Source: Candidatus Micrarchaeota archaeon
GTDB lineage: Archaea; Micrarchaeota; Micrarchaeia; Anstonellales; Bilamarchaeaceae
DNA length: 61,191 nt
Reading direction: 5' to 3'
NCBI GenBank assembly: GCA_041694885.1
Contig: JBGFRX010000008.1
Span: 1 to 61,191, forward strand
Shown: in pieces, positions 38,258-47,805 of the stretch
How positions within the stretch are numbered: position 1 is the stretch's first letter
How the letters are laid out: every line of letters starts with the position of its first letter
Position numbers and translations under genes: made by a program
The notes under the pieces: model-generated
What the model saw: the letters and a program-made list of their open reading frames with translations, nothing else
What the model was told of the DNA's origin: nothing
Database searches by the model: none

Positions 38258-40169
38258 TTCTCCCTGGTTTTTCCAATTGCTTTTTGGCGTCGAATGGAGA
38301 GTACATAAGCTTAATCAGCTGCGGCAATTCCCCCATTAGCCGCTTTTCCGTTGTCGCAGTTTGGGATGTTGTCCTTGCCCTTAGTCCCCTTCCGCCACTC
38401 TTTTTATTCCTTTTCGTGGGAAATATTACATCGCTTTTCTTGCACTTAGATAAGTCAGCAGTGGTTTTCTTTCGGGCCCCTAGCTCAGCTTGGCCAGAGC
38501 GGCGGACTCTTATTGTTTCGGGTTTCGGGTTTTGGGTTTTGAAGCCCTTTCCGGACCTGGGATATCCGTAGGTCACGAGTTCAAATCTCGTGGGGCCCGT
38601 TTCTTTTATGTTTTTCTTCCTTTCGCTTGTTTTTGGCACTGGTTTCGAGTTTTGTATCTTAGCTTTCGCCTTAGTACTTTTGGCGCATGCACAATTTCCC
38701 TTCCTTACTTTGGGGCTCATAATGCCCCCATCTGTTTTGGGCACCCGCACGTCTTTTTTAGGCAAATTCAGTTTCCTGGCGTCTTTTTCGCGTCCCATCT
38801 TTTCATCTGCCTTCTTCTTTCTTTTATTTATTTCAGGAACACATCCCGCACTCAGTCCACCCTCTCCGGTTCTGCTGCGCACATTTTGCCCAACCTTGTC
38901 GCGCCTTTTTTTCTTCCTTTTATTTAAGGGAGGCGCGCCTTTCGGGGCATTCATCCCCTTATCTTCATCAGGAGCCATTTTTTTCTCCCAAGCCCGCTTA
39001 GATTTCCCGAGCAAATCAAAATTTGTAATACCCTTGCCTTCTTTCTGCTGTTCGCAACCCCTCTTCTTTTTAGTTAATCCCGCAGCTCCGCCTCCAGAGG
39101 AATCATGCCTTCGCTCACCTGAGTCATTATTTCCAGTTCCATCCGTTTCCAAGCTCTTTCCGTGCCGGATATTGTTTTTTCCTGCGTTTCCATTACCATC
39201 ATATTTTTTGGAAGGAATTTGCGAAATTTCCTTGGCTGTTTCGGCTCGGCTTGTTTTTTGGTCCGCAGTGAGCAGTGCGTCAAACGCAACAACTGCGTTG
39301 TCCCCTTCAATTCCCAAAACTCTCATTCCAAGAAGCCGGCTTATTTTTTTGTTTGCAAGCCATGCAGCCCTATTGTATTTCCTGAATTCGGGCCTCTCCT
39401 CCTCCCATTCGAAACAGTCCCCACCTACTTTTTGCTTTAATAGCGCCAGACCAGTGGCTATTTCGCTTGCTTCCCTTACATTTGGTCCACTTTCACTATC
39501 TATCATAGCAGCAGGAGCCCGGAGCTCATTCACTATCTGATCCATCGCCCTCATCGCCTCAAGATAAGCGCCGATGAACTGGAATTCGGAAAGTTCGGGC
39601 TCCCTTATCAATGCTGCAGTACTTAGTACCTTCAACTCCTCTTCTCTTGCGGTTTTGCATAGCGTAATTTTCAAGTCGAGCGCTTTCTGCTCGGAAACAG
39701 GGCAGGAGCCGCCCCCAGGTAATCGCATAAAAGAAGGAAGGTCCGACGTCCCGAATTTCGTATCATCCTGTATCTTTATTCCCTTTAAGTTTTCCGTAAC
39801 TATTATTTCGTTAACGCCGAGAAAATACGCCTTTCCGCCAACCATTACGTATGGAAGACCGCTCTTCCCATGCCCAAAGTCCGTGTAAAACTGTATGTTG
39901 TCAAATTCCCTGCCTTTGAAGATTATCTTGTATACGAATTCACCTATCTGCGATTCCTTTGTCATACATTTCCCGCGTTCGTCCTCGCCAAATGCCCTTT
40001 TCACTTCGCTTTGGACAGTGCTGCCGTTTTTCGCATAAATCCAGTACACTTCCTTGTTTCCCCACCTGTCCACGAGCGGAAGCGCTATTCTGACGTAATT
40101 CCGGTCGCCGCTTCTGTCCTTTCCGATGACGTTGTTTTCCTTGTATAATTTAGCAAAAGAAAAAGACAT
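38190..40169 (-). CDS. Large hypothetical protein; Lys-rich low-complexity C-terminal half; frame runs antisense through tRNA-Lys
   Basis: The N-terminal half reads like a globular protein. The true 3' end is uncertain because the frame overlaps tRNA-Lys and the cysS end. Confidence 0.5.
   Translation of the reverse strand: MSFSFAKLYKENNVIGKDRSGDRNYVRIALPLVDRWGNKEVYWIYAKNGSTVQSEVKRAFGEDERGKCMTKESQIGEFVYKIIFKGREFDNIQFYTDFGHGKSGLPYVMVGGKAYFLGVNEIIVTENLKGIKIQDDTKFGTSDLPSFMRLPGGGSCPVSEQKALDLKITLCKTAREEELKVLSTAALIREPELSEFQFIGAYLEAMRAMDQIVNELRAPAAMIDSESGPNVREASEIATGLALLKQKVGGDCFEWEEERPEFRKYNRAAWLANKKISRLLGMRVLGIEGDNAVVAFDALLTADQKTSRAETAKEISQIPSKKYDGNGNAGKNNIRHGKSLETDGTGNNDSGERRHDSSGGGAAGLTKKKRGCEQQKEGKGITNFDLLGKSKRAWEKKMAPDEDKGMNAPKGAPPLNKRKKKRRDKVGQNVRSRTGEGGLSAGCVPEINKRKKKADEKMGREKDARKLNLPKKDVRVPKTDGGIMSPKVRKGNCACAKSTKAKAKIQNSKPVPKTSERKKNIKETGPTRFELVTYGYPRSGKGFKTQNPKPETIRVRRSGQAELGARKKTTADLSKCKKSDVIFPTKRNKKSGGRGLRARTTSQTATTEKRLMGELPQLIKLMYSPFDAKKQLEKPGRITGFSTWFSSSSRRPQGARRAA
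38474..38599 (+). tRNA. tRNA-Lys(CUU) with 51-nt 37/38 intron (38513-38563)
   Basis: GGGCCCC/GGGGCCC acceptor, GCGGA-CU-CUU-A|A-UCCGU, ACGAG-UUCAAAU-CUCGU. Confidence 0.92.
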
Positions 40170-40254
40170 GCGCGCTATTTTTCCGCCAAGCATTATAAAT
40201 GCTCGCGCGAATTTTTCACAAAGCTTTTATTTTTTCAGTGCGCAGCGCAAAGAT

Positions 40255-40506
40255 ATGCTCTTCCTGAAGGAAAAACAAGTCGCTGCGCTCACTGTGCTCA
40301 GGGACCAGAACGCCTTGTGGCATCTCTCGAAAATAGCGAGGCAGTCTGGCACGACCTACGTGTACATAACGAAGCTGATGACCATATTGGAGAAAAAGGG
40401 GCTCGTCACGCTGGAAACAAAAGGGAAAAGGCGCATAGTGAAATTAACCGAGAAAGGGCTCAAACTCGCGGCAATGCTGGATGAATCAAAAGCCCAAATT
40501 GTCTAA
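40255..40506 (+). CDS. Winged-helix (MarR-like) DNA-binding protein
   Basis: SKIARQSGTTYVYITKLMTILEKKGLV...KGKRRIVKLTEKG. Confidence 0.85.
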   Translation: MLFLKEKQVAALTVLRDQNALWHLSKIARQSGTTYVYITKLMTILEKKGLVTLETKGKRRIVKLTEKGLKLAAMLDESKAQIV

Positions 40507-40958
40507 ATGACCCTGAGCGAGACCTTTCTTTTCACGTAATTTATCACTTTGTTGTAATTAATATAATGGACATAGGCGATTACGTCAATAGTGTAATTCC
40601 CGGGCTTTGTCTGCATGGTTCCATAGATGGTCGCGGCGAATTCTGCGCTCGCCTTCGGCTCAAGATAGCCGAGCTTTTTCTCGTAGTGTTTGCTCATGAT
40701 AGTGGTATCGAAGCCCACCATGTCCCTTTTCGGCGCAAGTGCCTCAAAGGAAACAAGCTGCTTTTCTCCAGTCTCGTTCGTCAGCCGCACAATCATGTCC
40801 ACTTTGTTATCCTTTTTCGCAGCAAGCCGCAGTGGAAGGAACCTTACAGACAAGCTTATCGGCCTTTCAATTTCCTTGGGCGCAGGTGCAAGCTGCGCAG
40901 GCGTCTTTTCCCTATATGTTTTGCTTTCTGTACCTAAAATTTCGTCCAATATCCCCAT
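40503..40958 (-). CDS. Hypothetical protein (beta-sandwich-like C-terminus)
   Basis: 151-aa ORF with a GGTGA SD. Confidence 0.7.
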   Translation of the reverse strand: MGILDEILGTESKTYREKTPAQLAPAPKEIERPISLSVRFLPLRLAAKKDNKVDMIVRLTNETGEKQLVSFEALAPKRDMVGFDTTIMSKHYEKKLGYLEPKASAEFAATIYGTMQTKPGNYTIDVIAYVHYINYNKVINYVKRKVSLRVI

Positions 40959-41128
40959 TTTTTCACCTTTCTCAGAATCACGTTTTCATAATATCTCAAT
41001 AGCAAAAAAAGATTAAAAATACTGATTTTCAAAGTATTATTCACGGATTTATACGAAAAATGACCATATACGAAAGGTTTAAATAATAGCTCAGCCCCAT
41101 CCATACCATACTCAGGCTTCTTTTGTAT

Positions 41129-41195
41129 CTGGGGAGGAAAAACTGGTCGCCTTGCCAGCACCGAAGGGTGCTGGCCTAATTTTCCACGCCCCCAG
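41129..41195. ncRNA. Candidate structured RNA hairpin of unknown family
   Basis: Nested pairings CUGGGG/CCCCAG, GGAAAA/UUUUCC, UGG/CUA, GCCAGCACC-GAAG-GGUGCUGGC; TTTAAATA about 45 nt upstream. Confidence 0.45.
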
Positions 41196-41206
41196 TTTCA
41201 CTTCTA

Positions 41207-41656
41207 TCAATGCCCGTAGCTTTCCACCGCATTGAATGCCTCTTCCACGTTTTTAAAGGTGCGCTCGAACTTCTCCTGATAAATTTTGCGGATTATCAGA
41301 GACAGCTGGTTGTCCTCCCCACCTCCGAAAAAGTACTTTCCGTTCTTCCTGTCTATAAGCCCTGCTTCCTTCATCTTGAGAAGATGGTAATAGACAGATT
41401 TTTCATCCGCCTGCACATTCATCTTCGCCAGTTCGTCAATGATATCCTTTGTGCTCGGCTGCAATTTCCGTATCTGGAAATTTATCAGGCACTCGAGCAC
41501 ATCCAGGGAAATAGTTCTGCTCTCATTAGGGGAAATAAGGCCCAAGGAGAGCGCAATCCACCTTACGAGCGATTTTTTCGTGAGTTTCACGTCATCCGGC
41601 AGGTTCATCTCCCTGATTAAAAGTTCGCCCTTTATCAATTTGCCTTCTGGAAGCAT
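41207..41656 (-). CDS. Hypothetical winged-helix protein
   Basis: EKSVYYHLLKMKEAGLIDRKNGKYF HTH-wing pattern. Confidence 0.75.
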   Translation of the reverse strand: MLPEGKLIKGELLIREMNLPDDVKLTKKSLVRWIALSLGLISPNESRTISLDVLECLINFQIRKLQPSTKDIIDELAKMNVQADEKSVYYHLLKMKEAGLIDRKNGKYFFGGGEDNQLSLIIRKIYQEKFERTFKNVEEAFNAVESYGH

Positions 41657-41735
41657 AGCCGTATTTTTTCAGGAATTTTTATAAAGATATTTGGGCAGAC
41701 ACACTTTTTTAAAGATATTTACACATAGTAAGACC

Positions 41736-42782
41736 ATGCAAAACATCCAAAAGGCCCGCATCCAAATTCCAGAAGGGAAGTGCACGTTCGGCCGCCTGCT
41801 TATGGAGCCGCACACGAATGCGAAGGCACAAACGCTCAAGTCCTTCATTCACTGCGCCCACGAATACGATCCGCAGAAATTGGCTGATGCTCTGCGCAGT
41901 GTTTTGCGTTACCCCAGTGAATACGTGCACGACGAAGTACAATCTGTGAAAGGCAACGTGGAGAGCATACTCTTCAACCACCAGAGGCAATTTTCGGGCC
42001 TCGAAGAGCTCAATGAGGCGGCGAATGAATTCATAATGGGGAGAAATTCGCTCATTGCCGACTTCGCCAACCGTAAAACGCTATCCAATTTCCTTTTTGT
42101 CCCATACCAGGATGTCTGCACGCAGATTTTGCTCTGCGAAAGAAAGGAGGTGAAGCTCGGCTATCTGAATACACTTGGAGTGCTCGGCAACATCCTTCCG
42201 CAGGCGGAGAAAACCAAACTCGGTGCATTCCTGATAGGCCTGATAGAGGCAGAGGAAGACTTAGTAGCAAAAGCATACGTAATAAAGGCGCTTTCGCTGC
42301 TCCTCCTTCCGGAGAGCGTTGGACCAATGATGCAGAGCGCAGAGGGCAAGATGAACTTCTGTTTCGAAAACATCGTATCCAAGGCATCGGTTCTGACAAC
42401 GCTTTTCTCTGATGCGCGCGCTTTTGCGCGTATAATGCCGCATTTCCTTTTCGGCGCATTCACGTCTGAAACGAAAGTGAACGCCGCACTGCTGATGGAT
42501 TCCTTTGGCATCCCCCAATTTACGAGCCAGGTATACATTTATCTCGAAGACGTGGAGAAGACAATGGATGAAATAAAGATTGCTGCAGCCACTGCTGCAG
42601 GCGAGGCAATAAAAAGAAGAGGTTACCCACGCGGGAAAGATCCGGATCAGCACCGTTGGAAGGAGATAAACAAGGCGATAAAGGATTTCAAGGCGGGTAC
42701 GCACTTTGACGAGGATATTGATGCGCGGAACCAGATAATCTCGATTATAGAAGCCCGCTCCGGTTGCAAAGATGAGTGCTGA
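41736..42782 (+). CDS. Hypothetical helical-repeat (HEAT-like) protein
   Basis: Long ORF with amphipathic helical pattern; no family recognised. Confidence 0.65.
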   Translation: MQNIQKARIQIPEGKCTFGRLLMEPHTNAKAQTLKSFIHCAHEYDPQKLADALRSVLRYPSEYVHDEVQSVKGNVESILFNHQRQFSGLEELNEAANEFIMGRNSLIADFANRKTLSNFLFVPYQDVCTQILLCERKEVKLGYLNTLGVLGNILPQAEKTKLGAFLIGLIEAEEDLVAKAYVIKALSLLLLPESVGPMMQSAEGKMNFCFENIVSKASVLTTLFSDARAFARIMPHFLFGAFTSETKVNAALLMDSFGIPQFTSQVYIYLEDVEKTMDEIKIAAATAAGEAIKRRGYPRGKDPDQHRWKEINKAIKDFKAGTHFDEDIDARNQIISIIEARSGCKDEC

Positions 42783-42828
42783 CTGGAAAACCCCTATTTT
42801 TATATTTCCAATGATAATCATTATTGTT

Positions 42829-43073
42829 GGGCCCGTAGCGCAGCCTGGATAGCGCGGCACTCTCCTATCCATATTCCCCTTTTCTTTCAAAAAGAAAAAG
42901 GGTTGAGGGTTTCACCCCAAAAAGAAACATTTTCAAAAAATCCGTTTCCTTTTGGCAGGCGCCTGATCCGCACAATTCCCATAGAAGGGGTTGCTGGGGG
43001 TTAAGCACCTTAGGGGAATAGTTCCCTCTGAGGGGCTAGGTGAAGGTCATGAGTTCAAATCTCATCGGGCCCG
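42829..43073 (+). tRNA. tRNA-Arg(CCU) with 170-nt 37/38 intron (42868-43037)
   Basis: GGGCCCG/CGGGCCC acceptor, G73, GCGC D-stem, CUCC/GGGG BHB helix with bulges UA|U and CU|A, AUGAG-UUCAAAU-CUCAU. G27-A43 mismatch. Confidence 0.85.
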
Positions 43074-43099
43074 TATTCTCTTACGTTTCGGGTTTTGAA

Positions 43100-43864
43100 A
43101 TGATAACCGACCTTGCGAAGGCGCTTGAACGCAGCACTGAGGAATGTCTTGAGGACAAGATAGGAATCGCGTTTTCAGGAGGCCTGGACAGCACCACCCT
43201 TGCAACGATTGCGAAAAAAACTTCCTATGTTTTTCTGTTTTCAGCAGGAACTGAAAAATCCGAAGATCTTGAGTATGCTGAAAAAATAGCCAAAGAGCTT
43301 TCGCTGCCGCTCGAAAAAATAATTCTGGATGAGGAAAAAATACTCGGATTTTACAAAAAAATATATTCTTTTTATCCTGCATCTCTCCTAAAAATAGAGA
43401 TAGGAATTCCCATCTATGCGGTGTGCGAAGCAGCGAAAAGGAAGGGATCGGAAGCGATACTCTTCGGCTCCGGCTCAGAAGAATTGTTCGTGGGCTACGA
43501 CCGCTATTACCGATATCTGGAAGAAGGGAAGGACCTGGATTCGATACTCAGAAAAGAATTCGAAACCCTGAAGAACAACGACATCTCGATGGTAAAAAAA
43601 ATAGCGTATAAATGTGGGCTCGAGGCGAGATTTCCATTCTACAGCAAAAAATTGGCTGAGCTGGTTTTCCAGATTCCGTTGGAGGAACGCATTCACGAGA
43701 AAGAATTGAAAAAGGGGATTCTGCGCGAAATGGGAAAACTATTCGGAGTTCCTAAAATAGCTCTCGAAAGGAAGAAGAGAGCGGCCCAATACGGAAGCGG
43801 AGTTCATAAAATAGTGCTGAAAAACAGCGAAGCCATCAACAGTTTCTTCCCCAAAAAGCACTAA
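43100..43864 (+). CDS. Asparagine synthase C-terminal-domain protein (PP-loop)
   Basis: IAFSGGLDS, GSGSEELF.GY, EARFPF, K.ILR, KRAAQYGSG; lacks the glutaminase domain. Confidence 0.88.
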   Translation: MITDLAKALERSTEECLEDKIGIAFSGGLDSTTLATIAKKTSYVFLFSAGTEKSEDLEYAEKIAKELSLPLEKIILDEEKILGFYKKIYSFYPASLLKIEIGIPIYAVCEAAKRKGSEAILFGSGSEELFVGYDRYYRYLEEGKDLDSILRKEFETLKNNDISMVKKIAYKCGLEARFPFYSKKLAELVFQIPLEERIHEKELKKGILREMGKLFGVPKIALERKKRAAQYGSGVHKIVLKNSEAINSFFPKKH

Positions 43865-43867
43865 GCC

Positions 43868-46144
43868 CTATTTCCTTGCAGTGGCTTCCCGCGCTTCGGT
43901 TTTCATGAGTTTCGCAAATTCCGCAGCCCACTTCTCCTGCGCTGTTTTGAAATCCACCTCCCCATTCTCGTTCTCGAGGAACTGGAGGAGGCGGTTCGCA
44001 GCATTGTTTGCATTGAACACGAAGTCCATCTCGAGCAGGTGTCTGTTCCCAGTCTCTCCAGCTGCATTGTATATGTCGCTGTATACCTTGCCTTTGAAAA
44101 ATGACTGGAGCAGATACTGCTCCGGCTTCACCCCGCTATTCTCAGCTCTTCTCTTCAGGGCAGGAGGCATGAAATCCAGGTCAAGGTCCTTTTCCATTTT
44201 AGCCATATCCAGAGAGCTCAAATCCCACAAGACCGATTCAGGATTCTTTATGAATTTGGGCTTGAGAGTGCATGCATCTATGCTGTTTCCTCTCGCGTGC
44301 GCGAACACTTCCTCGAAGCTTTTCTCCCTCTGATCCGTTTCGTAGGAGAAGCCCAGCACCCTATATATTCTTCCTTTCCTGCCGAAGCGTATCTTGGAAA
44401 GGAAGTTGTAGCGGTCAGTAGTGAGCATGCTCACCGAAGGGATTCCGAAGACGAGTTCGAGCCGGTCCTGAATGTCCTTGAGCGACTCTGCATGGAGGTT
44501 GTAGAGCAGGAACACACCTGGCTGGGTGTTCAGGAGATTGATTATTCCCTGTACAGCCACTCTGCTCCTTACCTCGTTTATTATTATCGCAGCGTCTCCC
44601 ATCCTAAGCAGCGCATTTGCCATGCTCACCAGGTCAAGCCCCTTGCTCGCAGAAGATCCACCTTCTATGTCTGAGCTTTGCACCCTCGCAGCACCTATGT
44701 GGAAGCCGCGCTTGCGGAACGCGCGTACGGGTATTTCCTCTATGTCCTGTATAGGGATTATCCTCTTCTTCGTACCTATGGAGAGTATTTTCGCAGCAGT
44801 GAACGCGGTCTTTCCACATCCCTTGAGCCCGAGCACTGCCTCGCTTGCGCCCAGAGTAACCATTACGTCGTCATAGCCAGCGAAGAACGGAGTCAGGGTC
44901 CTGAACTTGAAGTACTGCGGATAAGTGAAGGGCGCATCCTGCATTATGCGCAGCGCACCCTGCAATTCGTCGAAAGTCGCAGGGGGCCTCTGGAGATGGC
45001 AGCGCATGTTCATGCGCTTCAGCACCACATCCACTATCGGATTATTTTCATCGAACTTCCTGACCCCCTTTTCCGAAAGCACGATATGCTTGAACGCGTT
45101 TTCCAATAATTCGCGGTTGTACCTGAACAGCGTGTGGCATATGCCGAACTTGCGATGCTCTATATAGAGCGGAGAATTTTCGCTGTCTATGAATATATCA
45201 GTTACGTTGTCCTTGTCGAGCGCAAGGTTTTCGAGCGGCGCACCCAGGCCCACAACCCATGCAGCTGCTTCCCTACCCATTGCAATCGCATCCTTCGGTG
45301 TTATCTGCACCCCGTCCAGCACCGCCTGATCCAGGAAATACTGCCTGTATTCCTTGCTCTTGAGCTCGAAAAGCACACGGTAATCCGCACTTTCGAAATT
45401 CTCCTTTCCCTGCTCCAGAATCACGCGCTTGAGCATTTTCTCCAGCTCAGGGCTGAGGTTTGCTATGTACGGATTCTTTTGCACATATAGGTTCGAGTCG
45501 CTTCCCGGGATTTCGTACAACTGCACTTCTATCCCGTAATTTAGTTTGTAGTTCGCGTCCGGTTCCTGCAAAGGAACCGCACTTGCAGGTATGTCCAACA
45601 CTATGGAATTTACGAAATAGAGCGTCTTTAGGCCTGTGAGCGAGAGGAACGCGAGCCGCATGTCCCCGGTCTTTTTCGTGAGCGCATGGAGTTTTGTTTC
45701 CCCGAACCTCTTCAGTATTCCGTTCACCCATGCCCTGAACGTCTGGTAACCCTTCATATACACCTGCTTCTCCGGAGTCGGTTCGTTGTACCCGGCAAGC
45801 GTCCTTTCAGCCATTATCGGGTTCATGAATATGTATTCGTAGAACTGCCTCAGGGTCTGTTTCCTCAGATCGTAATGGTCGTCTTGCTTCATCCCATAAA
45901 TGTCGTCGCGGAGCATTATCGCCTCTACCTGCTTTATCACTCCCGCGTATTCCATGAGTACCGATGTCTTCTCCTCGTCCAGTTCTATTACGAGTTCTTC
46001 CTCGTACCTTATGCGCGCTATGTTCCCCTCTATGGTTGCAAGGTCCTTGAGGTGGAGATTCAAAAATTCAGGGGAGCCGAATTCGTACGGGCACTTGCTC
46101 AGATCCACTATCGCCCGCGTTCCTTCGATATATGCGTTGCACAT
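43868..46144 (-). CDS. Type II/IV secretion system ATPase (VirB11/TadA/FlaI-like)
   Basis: Walker A GLKGCGKT, IQDIEEI, LRMGDAAIIINEVR, LHAES; long N-terminal extension. Start set at MCNAY. Confidence 0.85.
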   Translation of the reverse strand: MCNAYIEGTRAIVDLSKCPYEFGSPEFLNLHLKDLATIEGNIARIRYEEELVIELDEEKTSVLMEYAGVIKQVEAIMLRDDIYGMKQDDHYDLRKQTLRQFYEYIFMNPIMAERTLAGYNEPTPEKQVYMKGYQTFRAWVNGILKRFGETKLHALTKKTGDMRLAFLSLTGLKTLYFVNSIVLDIPASAVPLQEPDANYKLNYGIEVQLYEIPGSDSNLYVQKNPYIANLSPELEKMLKRVILEQGKENFESADYRVLFELKSKEYRQYFLDQAVLDGVQITPKDAIAMGREAAAWVVGLGAPLENLALDKDNVTDIFIDSENSPLYIEHRKFGICHTLFRYNRELLENAFKHIVLSEKGVRKFDENNPIVDVVLKRMNMRCHLQRPPATFDELQGALRIMQDAPFTYPQYFKFRTLTPFFAGYDDVMVTLGASEAVLGLKGCGKTAFTAAKILSIGTKKRIIPIQDIEEIPVRAFRKRGFHIGAARVQSSDIEGGSSASKGLDLVSMANALLRMGDAAIIINEVRSRVAVQGIINLLNTQPGVFLLYNLHAESLKDIQDRLELVFGIPSVSMLTTDRYNFLSKIRFGRKGRIYRVLGFSYETDQREKSFEEVFAHARGNSIDACTLKPKFIKNPESVLWDLSSLDMAKMEKDLDLDFMPPALKRRAENSGVKPEQYLLQSFFKGKVYSDIYNAAGETGNRHLLEMDFVFNANNAANRLLQFLENENGEVDFKTAQEKWAAEFAKLMKTEAREATARK

Positions 46145-46344
46145 GTCTTGAGCACCTGATAGTTTCCAACATTCGACGTTTCGACCATTCGACCGAATGT
46201 TGGCCGAAAGTTCGTGAATTTTTGCGGAAGTTCCAGATCTCTCCTTCCGGTTTCGCGTACTGTTTCGTTTGCCCTCCTTCGGGATTAGCAAATGAAGTTA
46301 AAAAAACAATCGTTTTTTATTCGCCTTGTGATTTACTAATCAAT

Positions 46345-47268
46345 ATGGACGAACTTCAGTTCCGCGACTACCTTTCCTCATTTACCGATGCAGACAGGGT
46401 GCTTTCAGCGAAGCTAAAGGACACTGTACGCATAAACACGCTGAAAATTTCGAAAAAGGAATTTTTCGAAACGACAAAAATGAAATTAGAGCCAACGTTC
46501 TACGAATTTGGCTTTTATACGGAATCGGAGTCAGCGGAAGAGCCAGTGGCAGAAGATGGTGCAAAACGCAAAATTGAAAATGCGAAACCGAAAGCCCCTC
46601 TGGGCGCCACGTGGGAATATTTTTTGGGATATGTGCACACGCAATCCCTTTCATCAATGCTTCCTTCCCTCATCCTGAATCCCTGTGTGCGCGATCTCGT
46701 CCTGGATATTGCCGCCTCTCCCGGCTCCAAAACCTCGCACATGGCAGCTCTGATGCAGAACGGAGGCGCTATACTTGCAAATGACGTGAACTGGGAGCGC
46801 GGTTCAGCTCTTTTTTCCAACATTGCGCGCCTCGGAGTGCTGAATGCGAAAGTGACTGTGAGAGATGGCACGCGGCTCGGTATAAATAATTATTTTGCAA
46901 AGGCGCTCGTGGATGTGCCCTGCTCCTCCCTTTCCCAGCCATTCGCGTTCAAGAAATTCACCCCAAATCTTTCATATGAAATTTCCAAAATCCAGATAAG
47001 GATGCTTTTTTCGGCATACGATTCGCTCTCAGAAGAGGGAGAGCTGGTGTACTCCACCTGCACCTACGAGAAAAGGGAAAACGAGGAAGTTGTCAAGCTC
47101 CTCCTGGAAAAAAGGCCCGGGGCGAAAATTGCTGATTTGGGGTTCGATTTTCCCCGCGATTCCGGGCTTTCCGAATACGGAAAGGAATTCAGGAAAATCG
47201 CGCGCATTTATCCCCATCATTTCAGCAGCGAGGGCTTCTTCATAGCCAAAATAAGGAAAGGCGATTAA
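46345..47268 (+). CDS. RsmB/NOP2-family RNA m5C methyltransferase
   Basis: QSLSSMLP, LDIAASPGSKT, LVDVPCS, LVYSTCT...ENE.VV, EGFFIAK. Confidence 0.93.
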   Translation: MDELQFRDYLSSFTDADRVLSAKLKDTVRINTLKISKKEFFETTKMKLEPTFYEFGFYTESESAEEPVAEDGAKRKIENAKPKAPLGATWEYFLGYVHTQSLSSMLPSLILNPCVRDLVLDIAASPGSKTSHMAALMQNGGAILANDVNWERGSALFSNIARLGVLNAKVTVRDGTRLGINNYFAKALVDVPCSSLSQPFAFKKFTPNLSYEISKIQIRMLFSAYDSLSEEGELVYSTCTYEKRENEEVVKLLLEKRPGAKIADLGFDFPRDSGLSEYGKEFRKIARIYPHHFSSEGFFIAKIRKGD

Positions 47269-47269
47269 T

Positions 47270-47698
47270 ATGAGCCATGTTTCAACATTCAGGGAGTATT
47301 TGCAAACGCAATTCGGAATCCAAATCCCGAAAGATGTCGTGCTCAACGAACAGGAGGGCGTGATCCGCGCTTATTCAAAAAGCGTGATGATGATGAGGTA
47401 TACTGGCTACATGGGCTTTGTTGGCGGAAAGATTAGCACAAGGGGAATAGAGGTGAAGAGCGAGTTCGTCCAGTTATTCGGAAAAAATGCCAGCAAGAAT
47501 ATCCTTGAACTGGATGAAAAACAGGCAAGGGACTTTGTCCATGTGGAATTCATAAGCATAGGAACAGATGGAGAGGGCTACAAGATAGCGAAATTCGGGA
47601 GGCACGTTTTGGGAGTCGGAAAATTAAAGGATGGAAAACTCTATTCTGAATTCATAGGCAAGGGAAGGAAAAGGGCTGAGAACGAAATAAGAGAATAA
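47270..47698 (+). CDS. NIP7/PUA-like RsmF-accessory protein
   Basis: Operonic with the m5C MTase; ILELDEKQARDF..., GY.IAKF..HVLGVGK pattern. Confidence 0.65.
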   Translation: MSHVSTFREYLQTQFGIQIPKDVVLNEQEGVIRAYSKSVMMMRYTGYMGFVGGKISTRGIEVKSEFVQLFGKNASKNILELDEKQARDFVHVEFISIGTDGEGYKIAKFGRHVLGVGKLKDGKLYSEFIGKGRKRAENEIRE

Positions 47699-47805
47699 AC
47701 CAGACAAAATTATTTATGCTGCTGCAGATACATCTGCTGCACTTGCCAGTATACTTGCGAAAATTATATTTAAAATCTCATCTGAGCATCAATCCTTTGA
47801 TGTAA

